From positions 78,108 to 142,107 of the forward strand of contig JALMLS010000122.1 in NCBI GenBank assembly GCA_038496445.1: a DNA stretch of 64,000 bases, in the 5' to 3' direction. The translations under genes were made by a program, and so were the position numbers. This DNA is from Trichosphaerium sp. ATCC 40318 (taxonomy: Eukaryota; Protista; Tubulinea). This document shows, piece by piece, positions 12,377-27,497 of this stretch. Position 1 is the first letter of the stretch; the number at the start of each line of letters is the position of its first letter. Below the pieces are notes generated by a model. The model saw nothing but the letters and a program-made list of their open reading frames with translations, ran no database searches and had not been told where the DNA came from.

Positions 12377-15300
12377 TTATTGCAATGGGACAAAGTATCT
12401 ACCATTAGGTGAACGCACTGGCTGTGGTTTCTTATAAGGATCACGTTGTGGAGATCCTATACCACCAGCTCTAGGTGGAGCTAAAATCAAAAGTCAGTCT
12501 CAGCAGCGATACAATAAAAACAAGCTTGCTACTTGTCTGGATTTCAAACAATGACTTAAAACTCCATCTAGGTTTATGACAAAACAGTCATATAACCATT
12601 AACACCAACGATCATATCAGAGTAAATGATCAAAGGTGGTGGAGCAAGGGAACAAACGGTGTGGTGATGATAGAAATGTTATTTTGTTGAATGCAAAAAA
12701 AAAAAGTACTTACGGCTCCTGTGCCTCCTAGCGGCAGTTCTATTTTGAACCTTATTCCTCCTTGCTTTCATACAATTATTTTCAACTAGTGACATACCAC
12801 AAAGCATCAAAAGGAAAATTCCTCCAACTACACAAGGAGAAAAGTTAGTATCCATGGATAGGTATTGAAAAGTTCAAGAAAAAATCTTTGCTCATCAAAC
12901 AAAACTATCACGTGGTTTTTTGATAAAATAATATGTTTATAATATAATAAACATAAGCGTGGATTTAATAATAACTTAGTTTCGAAGATACAGGTAGAAG
13001 AAACGAGAGTTCTTGCAACAAAAAAAGATAAAAAAACAAGAAAGAGTACTTACCAATAGTAAAAGATATCGCAAAGTATCCACTGCTTTCTTTCTCTGGA
13101 GGTGCCGAATAAGATACATGACCACTTGGGTTACCCGGGAATCTAGGTGTTGGCTTGCTACCATCAACCCTGTAGTGAACATGAACAGTATCCTAAAAAA
13201 AAGTCAGTTTGTTACAACCTTCTGTTGGAAAAAAAGAAGAAATTGCTCATTACCGCTAGGTTATTATCAGGATCTATGAGTTGTATAGGAACACTCTCAA
13301 AGTTGGTTTCATCAGGATTAAGTACTGTTACAACAAGTATATAACGTGACGCATTAAGAGGATCAGAAGCTTTTCCAAATTCTGGATTTTCTTTCAATCG
13401 AGCATGAATCCTAGCGTCCTTCGCCATAACATAAACTGATGGTCCTCCATATACATTTATACTATAAGTACGTGCAAGAGGAGACATTTTGATCTTAAAA
13501 ATTGAGTAAGAATTACACGTTAAGCGTGACTTGTCAACAACAACAAAAAGAACGAAAAAAAGGAGAAAAACGAAAAAAAGTCACATTGACGAGAGTACAA
13601 AGAGTACGTACACTTCGGAGAGAAGGCATGAGACTTTGCACAGTATTTGGAACATCAATAGTTGTAGTATTTGAAATTTTTAATTCTCCTTTACCACCAT
13701 TGTCTGTAACTTCAACTTTAAGTTCGAAAGTTGTATCATAAACATTAGCAATCTGAAAAAAAAGAGTTAGCCACGAGACTCAGCACAAAAAAAAAAGTAT
13801 CAGCAGTAAGCACTACTACACGCCAGATTATTTTAAAACACTAAATTGGTCAGCTGTGGTACCTGGTTCTCAAATTCTAATCTACAAAAGTAATGTGCAC
13901 GTAATCCAGAACTTAAATCTGTATACTCTTTGATAGATATTTCAAGTTTTGATTTATCACCAAGCTTACAATCAAACTTGATATTATTCTTTATATTGTT
14001 TGAATCAAAAATCTCATCTCCAGTAGCTGTCTCGAACTTTATAGGTACAAGCAAAGCATGTGGGTCTACTTCACCTCCCTGTACTATAGTCTGGGCTTCT
14101 CTATCTATAAGTATACGTGCGACTTTATCAACAATAACCACAGCAAAAGTGTAAACGCTGGAATTATGGAAAATATGTGTTCTGCCAACTCCCTTTGCAG
14201 TAGCTGCGCCAGTGTTTGGGTTAACCCTAAATACACATATAAGAATTGATTAAAAAATTACAACCAGACAGACAAGTCTTGTCCAAGCCAGTATAAAACG
14301 AAGAAAATAAAGTACAAAAACAAGAAAAGCCAAACACAAAAAATTTTCTGAACTGATAGGTTTCTCAGAACGCTTGTAAAACATTATGTTGAAAAGGCGT
14401 TTTCTTCAGAATCAAGCATAACACCAAAGTTAATTTTGTAAATATCATAGCGTGAGGCATGTTTCAATTCAAGAAAAAACGTGAAAGAAAAAAAATACTT
14501 ACTCGAGCAAGTCTGGATCTGAGCTCGACCATGGTCCTTTGAATACACTCTTATCATATTTGAATGTAGTCTTTGGTGTTATTTTACCATTGACATGAAC
14601 AACAGCAAATGAAGGACTCAAGGAATTTGATACATGAAGCTTTACGTAAGTAGAGTAAGAACGTGAAGCATGACCTCTTGTATGTTGTGTATTATCAAAC
14701 TCCTCAGTAGATCCATGAGGCCATACCATAGCCTTTAATGTAATATTTCCAGCACGAATACCCTTAACAACAAGGTTGACACAGTCATGGCGGGAACCTT
14801 AATCAACATTAGAACACGGAAGCCGAGAAAGAGTTTGATGAAAATTTTCTGGGAAAATGTTTGTGCTTCGGGCTGACCCTTTCAGGTCTCAACAAGGAAT
14901 CACTAGACGTACCGTTACTATAGTCAAGACGCCAAGAAATCAGTTCAGGCGAATCAGTTGATACCTCAAGAGCAACATTGTCGAGAGTTGTGAATTCTCT
15001 ACCAAGATCATCACGTACTCTAACTCTAAAATGTTGTTCTGCACCAACAGGTAGCTTTCAAAAAAAATTAGCATTTAAAATAGTGTAATAAACTAAACAC
15101 ATCAAACAGAAGACAAGAAAAAAAGAAAAGTGAGCAACAACAAAACACGTGATGATAAGTAATTAACAAAAAACTCCGATGCTTAAAGTGTTTTGCATTA
15201 GTAAACGTACGAAAGAAAATACAGGTGGTAGAGGGTCCAAGTGAACACTACCGACCATAGCAGCATTTACGGTAACAATAAAGTCTTGAGAAGGTGTCAC

Positions 15301-18300
15301 AGTGTTTTCAACACGAACATATCCTTTAGGGGTATAAAGTAAGAAATCCAAAAGAAAACACTTTTTTTTTTTTTGCTTGTACCTCTTCCAGAACGTATTG
15401 CCGTGATTTCTCCTATTGAGTCAACTCTGATGACATCAGATGCTTTACCATTATAACCACCAAGCTCCATGTAACGATCATTGAACTAAACGAAAGTCAT
15501 AAAACTGACAGGAAGGGAAAAACAGCTTCTGCCTAAAAAAGCAACTGACTTTAAATAAACGTTGTACATACACTTCCTTCGCTAGTAGTACGAAGCTTGT
15601 ATTTAGCTCCAGGTACCATAACAATCATACTATTACAAGCACAATCATCTGTTTTAAGAGCAAACTCCTGAAGAGTAGTAAAAGAAGATGTAGCTTCAAG
15701 TTGTGTTGTTCCAGCAAAAGCTTTTCCTGTAGGGTCGAATACAGAGACCTGAATAGTAGCTCTACCAGCTTCCGCACCTAGTATTCATGTATAAGCATAC
15801 CACTTAAAGATATCGTAATATAATAGTACCTTTGACGACAATAGCAGGAGCATACTGTGGAGACAAAGTAACATTAGCTTGGTTAAATATGGACATCAAA
15901 CCAAGAATGTTAGGATGAGATATACTCCATTGGAACTCAAGTGGTATACCAGCCCATGCGAGTGGTGTTTCACCATCCTCTCCCTTTATAAAAAGAATTA
16001 ATTATTGTGACTCTACTCCACGCTATAGCTAAGAAACAACGTACTTCAACGTGAATGGTTTGACTTCTTCTTGATAAAATTGTATTTGTCCAAGTACGTA
16101 TCATTAAGCCTTCCAGTTTCTTTACAGTGATCTTAACAGCGGCTTTGCCTATCTCAAGAGCTTGTCCAGTAATAGGTTCATATGTAGTCATTGTGACGTA
16201 TGCTGTTGTATGACCGACCTTTGTAGCAGATACTACACCATTAACCTTATTGATACTTGCAATATCTTCATGGTCAACATCCCACTCAACCTAAATACGC
16301 ATAAGAATATTCATCCAGAACTTTAGTAATGAACTGAAGGAAATCTCATGAACGAAACAACAGCACTTCGGAAAACCAGAAAAAAGGCGTACATCACGTG
16401 TTGGTGGACCACCCTTGTAGGTGAGTTGAAACTTAGCTCCTGGAAGTAGCACAAGGCTTCTTTGCACAACTTCCAATGGTTCAAAAACATGAATCTAAGC
16501 AAGAGTAAGAATGAAGCAAAAAAAAAAAAATGCAAAAAGATTTCTAGCGAAGAATGGTTTCGATCCATTGACCTTTGGGTTATGGGCCCAACACGCTCCC
16601 TGCTGCGCCACTTCGCTTTTTACGTTGTAATAAGAAGGAAATAAAATGTAGTCTTTCAAAATTATTCTAAAGACTACGATTGACTAGTTTTTGAGCTTAG
16701 ACTGTATTCATTTCGTACTGGTTTTGGGTCAGATGCCACAGTATTACCATTATGGGTAATAAGGGTTGCTGAAATACGGACTGTACCAACAGAGACACCT
16801 CTAACGTAGAATTGGCTTTTCTCAGTCTTATCACGCCTAATGGATGCACCATTGCTATCAAGGGTGATGTCCACGCGAACGTATTTGTATTGATCCTATA
16901 AACGAAGTTACAAATCGATTACAATTTAAAAAAAACGTCATGTTTCTCGTTCATCTGTAAAAGGACGTTAAGCTATCGTACCACTCTGAATACTGATCCT
17001 TCGCTATCCAGAATTTGTACTTTCAACGGTATTTCATTACCGAGCTGTACAATGGTAGTAGATGTGAGAATTAAATCTGAAAAAAATAACGTTAACTTTG
17101 CTGTCTAACAATGCACCAGTACCAGATACATGGGAAACCAAAATACGAGTTTCTGAAATATCAGTACCACCCAAGCACATATCACGAACAGAAACCTATA
17201 AAGAAGATCAGAACTTACTCTTCAAGTTCAACAAAGAAAACAAGAAAAAACAGTTTACCTTAACAACTCCAGGTGCTTGTGGTATGAGTGTAACTCTACC
17301 ATTTCGCTCAGGAGTAACCTTAGCAATCTCTGTAGAATTTACAGAGAAGCTAAATTCTCCACTACCACCTGCCAACCTCAATAAAGCTTGATTCTTTGGG
17401 TGCAAAATGAGAGAAAGAGCAGGTGGCATAAGTTTGACAATTGGATGCAAATAAATACGATAAACGTTTTGTATAGGAACAGAAAATCGTTTGGCCACTG
17501 TTGGAATAACACGCATTGCATCTTCAGTATAACCAGAAGCAGTAATAGTCAAATCAACAGTTCCTAGAGCAGAGTTTTAGAAAAAAAAAATACGAGAATG
17601 GAATACATACCTTCAAAGTCCGCAAAGTCAACATAACGTGCAGGCTGTCCAATCTCTTCAGGCGGACCTTCAAGGAAATTTGCGACAGTCTAAAATCCAT
17701 TAAGATCAGGGCAATATAAACAAGCTGCTTTGTACATTGTTAGATGCTGTCCAAGTTAAATCTAGTGAAGTAAAGTTTGTAAAACGATGACCTTCCTCAT
17801 CATATGCTGTAACGTTAAATACAAGTAAACCATCATTTCTAAGATCGTATTGTTCAGGAAGACCTCCTTTAGACTCTTCCAAGTGATTCAAAATAGCTAT
17901 AAGAGCACATAAGCTCAAAGATCCTTCAAAAAAAAATAAAAATCGATTGCTTACTTTCAGCACATGTAGGAGGAATATTAGCCAACGCTGTTTCTAGAAG
18001 AGTAGCTTCAAGATGGTGGAGTGTTGGGTATAATAATAGGTTCTTTGGAGTATGGCAAGAGATATAAAAGCTTAACTCAGCATCAGCTGGGAACCTATTA
18101 TCATCACTCTCACTATTGGAATAAACCAATTTCGCCAACTAAAAAAAATTAGTAAGATCTCAAAGTTTAAAGTGTCAACGATTAAACAGCACGAGTTGTT
18201 AGTTTTGTTGAAAAGTGAGCGTGCTAGTACTTACTTGGTCTGTTTCTTCCAAACAGGTAATAAGGTATGTCCTCAAATTACCTCTCACAACACGTTTTTG

Positions 18301-21300
18301 TGCAAGAATTGAGTTACCATCTTGAACTTCAAGTTTATGCTTAAACAAAGAAGGATCACGCCTCCACGGAGTAGGTCCACCAACAACTGTAACTAACGCG
18401 CTACTTCCCAAAGTGAGTAAGTATAGAGGTAGTTCCTTTCTATATTTGCCATGTTCAGGTACCTAATACAACTTAGAAAAGAAGACAAAGAACAAAGAGA
18501 TTTTAATGCTTCGTTTTAAGTGCCCAAAAGAAACTTACGTATCGCTGAAGAACTCTCTCTAATGGTGGGTCAATTAGCCTCATTTGTTGATATGCAGCAA
18601 TTATAACGTTTTTAACAGGCAATGTGCTATAACGAAGTAATACTTCAGTAGCACCATCTTTCAATCCAGCGAATTGTTGAGAAGCACAAATATTGCCTTC
18701 ATAATCTTGTAGAACGTAATCCTATAACTCAAATCAGAACAAATAATCATGTAGTAGTATTATACTCTACGTTCTATGGGTTCTCAGGACAGAAACCCGC
18801 TCAATAAACGTAAAATGTCAAAAAGAAAAAAAAAATACCTTTGGTACAGGCTCCATTCTGAAAAGCTCAGAGTGTTGTAAATCCCATCCAAGACGCAAGT
18901 TACCACAGCTGTCAAAGACATTACCCTTCTTATCATAAATGATAACGTGTAATACTAAATTTTCTCCAATGAGAACTTCACGCGCTCCAGAAAGAAAGTC
19001 CATTCCTGTAGGAGAACTAACCAAAATCTAAAGAAAAAATTAAGATGAAAGAAAAAACAAAGCCCAAGACAAGCACATACCTCAACAATAGCTACGTTTT
19101 GAGGCGCAAGTTGATCTTCTACAAATACTACGGTGGTTCCTCTAGCATGACCAGTAACAGTACCAACATTATCAACCTGTAAAAGCAACAATATAAGTAA
19201 CCTTACTTTGGTTTTTTTTTTGTTGAAAACAAAAGTTTTTCAAAAACCGTACCTGAGCGATTGTAGTATCATTTGAGGTCCATTCATAAAGAGTAGATCC
19301 ACCGCTGACTTGGATATCATAGCTATGTCGAACACCAGAATCAAAAGGTAATGAGATTGTACGATTCGGTTTAACAACAAGTGGAGTTGTAATTTGTACT
19401 GTATGAGCATATAAACTTAATCCCTCAACGATTGACCTCGAAAGTGGATATTGCTTATTTCTGCGCGTGTTCTAAACGAAAAAGTAAATAAGCCATTAAT
19501 CACTTTCTTAGACATTATAAAAACAATGGGAATGTATATTTCAAAAATAGCGCGACCAAGAAGAACTTATGGTCAGTGAAAAGTGGTCACCAAAAAAAAA
19601 AATAATTGAAAGCTGTTTGAAAACTCTCAACTACGGAGTGTTTTCTCGGTTTAGATTGTTTTGTAAGTAATTTCAACTCGTATGTGAGGGACGTACACGC
19701 ATCTCTATAAAATTAACATCAATCTCAGGGAATCCAGCCTTGAGTGCAGTGACTGTAATAGTATCTTGATTTGCATTTGTATCCAAAAATGTAAAATACT
19801 CTTCAGGCAAGTTCCAATGGAAATGCAAGTCCTATTTTAAAAAAATAACGTTAATAAACCGTTAGTTGTAAAATAAAATTCAAGGTGTTCGTTGAACCCA
19901 ATGAAACGTAGAAGAAACTTCTTTATGATTTTTGGTTTTTTTGATTTTTTTTCCTTTGTACGGTACCTTAGTGTGGTATAATCTGTTGTCCTCTTTATCA
20001 AACGCATTGATTTTAATAGTATAGTCTCTTCCAGAAATCATTAGCTTAACAGAACCCTTTTCCCATGTGTCATCATCCTTCAAAATAAAGTTAAAAAAAA
20101 ATACAAACGTTTATAATTTTCACAAATCACTCACTGCTGGATAGAAGTCCAAAGTGATATACTCTGGGATAACTACAACAATCTCAGCGTGTACAGTGCT
20201 TTCTTCCAAATCAATATCTGCATAACTAAGCAAAAAAAACATGTTAGAATCCAAAACAAATGTATAATGGCATTCGAAAAAACACTCACGTAACACAAAC
20301 ACTGAACTTTCCAAGCTCTTGACCAATAACTGAAACCATACCAGCATGTGTAACTTTACCATATCCAGGAGCGGTTACTTCACCGTCATTGATACGTGTG
20401 AACCAAGTGTATCTTACAGTAGGCAAAGGAATAGCTAAAAGACAAGTAAGCACGATTGAGCAAAATTTTTTATTGGTTTGTTTTTCGCTGAAACAAAAAG
20501 GGAGAAAGCTGATAACCTCGTGTTAAAAAACAAACGTACGTTTGATTTTACCAGCCTCCAATAGATCAAGTTCGTATTGAATATCAGAAACAGGACATAC
20601 ATATATCATGTATGAAGGTTTAAGTTGAATAGGCTCAATTACGGATAACTTAGTTATAGCGACAGCAATCATATTATAACGGTCGGAAACAAGTGATGCA
20701 GATACTGTTACACGTCCAGGTGTAATACCACGAACGAGAATAGAATCAGCTTTCTTTCCCTAAGGCACAAAGTCAAAAAAAAAAAAATCATTTTGTTGGA
20801 AAAAATTTTCTCATTTAAAACTTTTATGACATACACTGCTTTCCATGCGCAAAACGACATTTGTAGTATCAACACCAGAGTCTCTCCATGGCACAAATTG
20901 TAAAACAGGTGTACCTTGCGCGAATATAAGTAAGACAAAACCAAAAAACTGCAAAAAAAAGTTGTTCGTTTATCCAATAAAAAAAAAAAAAGAGTTTGGC
21001 GTACCTGGTGTTGAAACAAGTACATCTTCAATATTCCATTTAAATTCAAGCCCTGATACGCTTGAAAACCTATTATCTACAAAGAAGGACACAATGAGTC
21101 ATCACAAACAACAAGAAACGAAAAAAAAAAACCAATCAAAACAGCCAAATAACTTGTTTATAATTCATTAATGGGTTCCGTAATTACCTTCAGTACCCTT
21201 AAAGACTTTTTTTTTGATGTCAAAGGAAGAAAAACCAAAAAATTTGGTTCAAAAAGCGTTTGAAGCGGGATTTCTGTTTTTTAAAGTTCAAATTAATCGT

Positions 21301-21941
21301 ATTTGGCGCGTTTGAAATACATACCAAGGTTATCGAATGCTAGTATATCAAGTGTTTCGACAGCATCTCTGTAAATAGTTTTTGTTGTGGTGAGTATCTG
21401 GATCTTTTCTATATGGTCCAAGTATACTTCCATTTGCATTGTGCGGCCGTTTTGACCGCGAGCTTCGCCGATTAACCATGAAGAGTCGCGAGTAAGCTCT
21501 TCGTGGATACTGGCCGCTCTGGCGCTGCAAGAAACTATGATTGTGCGGCCGCAGGTGTCTCTTTCGTCAACTTTAATTAATTCTGGTTTGGTGGCATGCC
21601 TTGGTCAAATTTAGCTCCATATAATACAGCTGCGCAACGTTTGCGCGTTTGTGACGTAATACTGATAATCAAGAAAAGTTTTCTATACGGCAAGGATACG
21701 CTCTGTACGCCATTTGGGTGCCGTAGAGGGAATTTTAACGAAACAGAAAGAAAAATACTTGCTCGTTCATTGCTTGTTCATTTACGTACCAATCAAAGCA
21801 GCCATTGTCTGCAGCTAGTGTATGTTGTACGGCAGAGTTGTATGGTAGCAACAGCATAGACTCAGAAACTGTGATATCATCCTGAAAGCAGAGAACCACG
21901 CCTACCAAAAGGCACAATACTATGGTATGCGAAGTGATCAT
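12377..21941 (-). CDS. NUP210: Nuclear pore membrane glycoprotein gp210/Nup210 (many exons)
   Basis: Signal peptide, then MLLLPYNS...LAADNGCFDW; IQILTTTKTIY...LAFDNLGNVFSSVSGLEFKW. Tandem Ig-like segments (VSGGS, LAGGSGEF, GGPTPW, LTYKGGP). Single C-terminal TM (GYFAISFTIVGGIFLLMLCGMSLV) and a short basic/SP-rich tail. 3' end approximate. Confidence 0.9.
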
Positions 21942-22060
21942 TCTGACATGCCACAGTAGTTCGCGCCAAGATAATCGTTCTGACTCAAAATTGACCTAAC
22001 TTAACGCGCAAAAAATGCCCTGTGTGAACCGCTTACATATGCAGTTCAGCGATAATACAC

Positions 22061-23777
22061 ATGGAGAAGTATTTTGTAAACGACAATGTTCAATTGTGTG
22101 AAAATGACACATTAGGGCGGTACATACTTGCTGACAAAGGTACTGTTAGTGTTTAATCGCGCCAGAGCTTATTTTGTTCAGATTTCGCTGTTGGGGATAC
22201 AATTTTCACCGACAACTCATTGGTTTGCGTAAACAGCTTCCATGATATTGATAAAAAGAGATTTGATGCAGTAGAGCAAATTTCAAAGACAACAGGTGTT
22301 CCTGTACGTCAACACTCTGACATCTCCGAGCTAAATGCGTCATAGCTTGGTCATATATTCCTACTGCTTGAATATATTGATCAAACTGAAAAAAACCCGC
22401 AGTTAGAGGAGCAAATATTGCTTTTGCGTGATTTTAGTAAAAAACCAGCTTACAAAGACACTGTGGAGTTGCTAATTTCAAAGGTTCACAAAACGCACAC
22501 ACCACAAAAATCTGACACGTTTTAGCTATCTCTAGACAAAACACCAGAACAACTACGCACGTTGATAACGGTTCTTGGAATATTCGCTTCAAATGGGTAT
22601 AGTGTCGTTTCGTTAAAATGACCTCAACTTTTTTTTTTGGCAGATTGTCTTTTTTTTTGTGCTCCGATGTTTTGCTTGCTCGGTGTTACTTTATATAAGC
22701 TTACATTAGAATTAGATATCGGACCAGAAGTGGTGGAGCAGGCACTTGTCTAAAAATGCCAATGATACAACATAGTTGTTGGCCTAACGCTGGATTTATA
22801 ACAGTTGGAGACGAGGTAAGTTTTTTGTAAGTTAAATGATTTACTAAGAAGCTATAGGTTCAAATCTTTGCAATAAGCCCAATTAAGAAAGGAGAGAATG
22901 TGGCTATATCATACTTGCGACCAAATATGCCTAGAGCAGCTCGTAAAAAATACCTAAACTACAGATACCAGTACGTGCTTTTTTATATCAAGTCACGTGA
23001 TTGTTACATTTCTTCTTTTATTTGTTGGTCTAAACCTATTTTTAGGTTCGTTTGCAAATGTAAATTATGCTCAATGCCTTATGATGCGTTGCGACCAGCC
23101 ATATGTATTCTGGTGCGTTACGAGTACTGTCGTGTTGTTTGGCTCACATAAAGTAACAGTGTGATGGAGGCACTGCCTATCCTCATAAAGATGTCTGGAG
23201 ATGCCTTCAATGTAATAATGTGATCGAAGGACCTAAAGCAGATGAATTGAATGCTCTAGAAACGAATTTGAAAGCTTTACCAAAGCATAGACGTGACATA
23301 AATAAGATGGTATGACTTGCTTTTTATCATATTTCCTTTTCGATTTTGAAGACTAATAAGAAGTTGCTTTACAGCTTAAGACATTCACTGTTGGTCATTA
23401 CCTTGTATTGGAAACACTTAAAGAAAAATATGATATTTTAAAGCGTCGCTTGACAATCCAGCCAGAGCTTTGCCTAGATTACGCTCAAGTAAGTTAGCCT
23501 TTTCTACTTTTATCTCAATGAATATAATTATGGCGTGCTTGACTTTGGAGCTAATAATATTTTTAGAAACTTCTTGAAGGTAGTTTAAATACATCATCTC
23601 CACACAGCCAACATGCTACAGACTACAAGCGTGTTCAAGGTATAATTTTTTGTGTTTTTTTTGGCATGTTGCAAACTCAGAGTTGCTAATTTTTCACTTG
23701 TAGCTGCACTGTACGATATTCTAGATGAACCAAATAAGGTTCAAGAAGTTATGAGCACTATTATAACACGTGATTAA
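22061..23777 (+). CDS. SMYD-type SET-domain lysine methyltransferase
   Basis: LGRYILADKDFAVGDTIF (N-SET), IQHSCWPNA, AISPIKKGENVAISY, post-SET YQFVCKCKLC, an extra CxxC pair and a helical C-terminus. Confidence 0.85.
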
Positions 23778-23935
23778 CTCTTAAGTTAATCACACCTTTG
23801 CCAAGACGGACAACACATCACTGTAACAATAAAAAAACCAAAATTTAAAACACCAAACATCTTCGTATTGGGGTCAGTTGCATATCAATATCTACGACAC
23901 TCCAAAAATTTTACCACTTGTAGATGAACCAAAGA

Positions 23936-26900
23936 CTAGCTTGTTTTTAGCTCGTGATTGTTCATCACGAAAGCTGTTTTTTTTTTTTTTTGTTTTTAAC
24001 TATTAGTGCTTTGTACAAATGTACACTATTTACAATTTCTTTGTTTGAAGAACTATTTCTTTTTCACGTGATTAATGAGTCTCACTTTGTGTCTCTATAT
24101 CTGTATGTTTTTCTCGGATACCATATTCTAAAAAAACACAATAAGCATACTATTCAAGCACAGGTAAAGGTAACAACGTACTTTTTGTGACAGTTTTTTC
24201 AACAAGTTCGCCTGCTCTTCTTTTTTTGTTTGCGAACCAAATTCCAACTCCTATCAACACTGCTACAATAAGACCTCCAATAATGATACCAATCAAGAAC
24301 TAAAAGTACACAGTAAGCATTTGCAAGGAGAAAAAATGAATGAGACTTACCAAATATGACTTCTTATTGTCTGCTAACTCCGCCAAAGGTGCTAGAGTTG
24401 GAGGATCAGAGTCATCATCATCGTCGTAAAATGGAGGCAATGTAGTAGGCGGCAAAGTAGTTGGTGGCATGGTAGTAGGTGGTAGAGTCGTAGGTGGTAA
24501 GGTTGTTGGTGGCTCAGTTGTCGGTGGCAGAGTTGTAGGAGTTAATGTCGTTGGTGGCTCCGTTGTCGGTGGCTCCGTTGTTGGGGCAACAGGTGCAGGG
24601 GTGGGTGGTCTTGTAGTTGAAGTAGGAGGAATTACACAAAAGCCTCCGCCAGCAATTATAGGATTTGTACAACGGCAAGATTCATCACAAAAAAAAGTGC
24701 CATCACATGTTTCTGTTTCAGGATCCCAAATGCCATTTCCACAATCTATTTGTTTAAAGGTAAGGCAAAGGTCTTACGAAAAAGGAGATACTGAATAGAA
24801 GATAAATACGTACTGTCAACTACTGTAACATTGAACTCTACCAAGTGGACTATAGGTTTAAGCGTAGGATCTGCTGGGAAACTTATCTCTGATCTGACTA
24901 TTCCCCCAGAAACATAGTAACTGACATTAACCCTCATTTCGAACTGGAAGGCTGCAGGCTTTGGAGTGAAGTCATGTGTTCCAATCAATCCACCAAATAA
25001 GATAGTTGAATCAATTACAAATTCGCTGTCTGACTCATAAGCAAGTGTAACAAAGAACGCTTGTTTTCTGTCAAATATTTGACGTTCAGTAATTAATTCT
25101 GAATCTTCGAATGTCTCTACTGTTGTTTGAATAGCACCGCTTCCAGCTATTTAATATTAACATCAGAGTAGGTAAAAAGTAATTTGAAGAAAAAAAAAAG
25201 AGCACGTGCGCACCTGGATGACCATGAATTAAAAAGACTTTTCCAAACCCATCATTTTCATCACACAATACAACACTTTCAAAAGCTCGATCAAGAAAAT
25301 TTCCCGTTTCAAGGCACGTGAAAGGTGATGAATGTGTTATACGTTGTATTTTAGAGAATTCAACGTCATTTACATCAATGACACCAAAAGATTCGAATAT
25401 TTCACCGTATACAACATATGCTACTCCTTCTTCTTTTGATGCAATGACAATATCAATAATAGTATCACCGTTAAAGTCAAGAGAGTCAACCATATGTGTG
25501 GTATTGCTTTCTCTGTTTTTAATATAAAAGCCAAATCCTGTAGGTTCTATCAAGTTTATCTCACGTGTTAAAAAGTCTGAGCTACTTTCGATACCATAAA
25601 CATCTCCTGAGAATAAAGTAAGAATTATGTTTAATAAGAAACTACAAAATTGTTACTCCTTGATTGTTGTGGCATACCTTGACCACTTGATATCACTAGT
25701 ATATTTTTGGAAGGAAATGGAACTTGTTTGTGTGTACCAAAAGTACCAAACCTATGTCCTGGATAGAGACCCTCCATTATGCGACCACGTTGTACTGTTG
25801 GGCTAGCAGGCGAAAACAGTGTATCGGATTGAACTTCCAAAGGTCCTGGTTTGGATGTTACAATAACACATCGTCCAGTATCATTATTCCAAGTAGGATC
25901 GCATATGCCAACAGCATTAATACCATTATCTAAAGGTGTTCCTGATATACGAATGTTAGAACTCAACAACGAAGAAAGCAAAGTTGAAGAAAAGTATGAC
26001 ATCAGAAAATAAAATATGATTTACCTGCTTCAAAAGTGTAGTTTCCAAACAATGATATACGTGTACTAAATTCATCACATATATTTAATGACTGATCCCC
26101 AGGTGTTTCGTATATGTCTTTCAAACCTTCTGTGAGGACAATAGCGCCAGATTGATCTGACAGTGCAATTTCGAAAGTATCAGATCCACCAAAGTCAAAA
26201 GCTACTAATGTATCCCCGATATTTTCGTTTGAAGACCCAGTACCAGTATTACAATAAAAAGCGCTTTTGGCACTAGTGAGATTTTGCCCAAAGACGAGAA
26301 CCTATTCGTAAGAGTGAGCAAAAGAACAAACGAATTTCTTTGACTTGTGGGAGGATTTACAAAAAACCGGTGTGTTAGCGTACTTCTTGATCCAGAGCAA
26401 TCATAAGCTCCATATTAAAATCAGAACCAATATCTATCGTTGCCAACTACGCAAAAAGAATAAGAAGATTGAAAATAAAATCCATAAAAAAAAATGGTTC
26501 TTGATTGACTTGTGCTTTAATGACAAACAACGTACTGCTTTTCCGAAATTGGTATGAGGATTTGTTTCGTTACCATACACGCTATGAATATGTGTTGCGT
26601 TTGGTCCAAAAAAATCGTATGTTACTGCAGGCATGCCTATTTGTTTTGTTAATCCATCTGAAATCATTCTTTTATTTCTTATCTCTGTAGGACGTACCAA
26701 CGTAGTTTGAGAAATCTTCTATTAGGTATGCGTTACCTTGATTTACGCCGTCAGGTACTGTAGGATGACCTATTATCAAACCATCTACAAAACAATCAAT
26801 CACAACGTAGCTTTGATAGACGTTGTGGTTCTAAGAGAACACATACAAATGCCTTACCTGTGACTCCATCACGGAGATGATTGTAGCGAACCAATGAAGC

Positions 26901-27178
26901 TCCAAATCGTGGGAACGCTTTACCTTGAAAATATTGCCCATTGTACCCGTTCAATTCAGCAGTATCAATGTCATACGCTATAGTTGGAGTTAGACAAATA
27001 CGAAGCAAAACTTGGTAGATTTGTTAAAACAATTTCGTTGCAGCCGTTAATGGCTGATTACGCGTTGCTTTGTAGTCGTAACACTGTACAATAGAACGTT
27101 TAACGTACCATAAGAGAGTGTGGTAAGAACAGCCACAGTAAATAAACAGTTATAAATAATCCCTTTCTTGTCAAGCAT
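23936..27178 (-). CDS. Type I membrane protein with integrin-alpha-like FG-GAP propeller, Cys-rich module and Pro/Thr stalk
   Basis: Signal peptide. FG-GAP-like repeats RFGASL...LIIGHP, NFGKAV, DFGGSDTFEIAL, RFGTF, DFNGDTIIDIVIAS...GVAYVVYG, GKVFLIHG. Then CGNGIWDPETETCDG, (PPTT[LE])n repeats at 24435-24600, and TM FLIGIIIGGLIVAVLIGVGIWF followed by KKRR. Confidence 0.7.
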
Positions 27179-27497
27179 TGCTTCTATCGTTTGTTTTGAT
27201 GAGTTTTGATGAGTGAGGTAGAGTGAAGTAGAGTGAAATATTGCAAGATTGAAAACAAGTTATCACGCATGTTATCGGTATAAATGGTACAGCATAAAGC
27301 GGAATAGAGTAAAAACGTAAAATTAGAGCGCAAAGAAGAAATACAGCCATCTTCTGTAGCTGGTTTTCTGTCTTTGTACAGATTATTTTCATAAATCGCC
27401 AAACTTGGAAGTTCGAAGTGAAATTTGAGGATTAAAACCAGCTCCATTAGCTCTTTTTTGTTTCGCTTTATAATAGCCTTAAATGTGTTGTTAATCG

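Noticed and set aside
24469-24798. + strand ORF with VVGG repeats
   Set aside because: Antisense shadow of the PPTT stalk of the minus-strand membrane protein.
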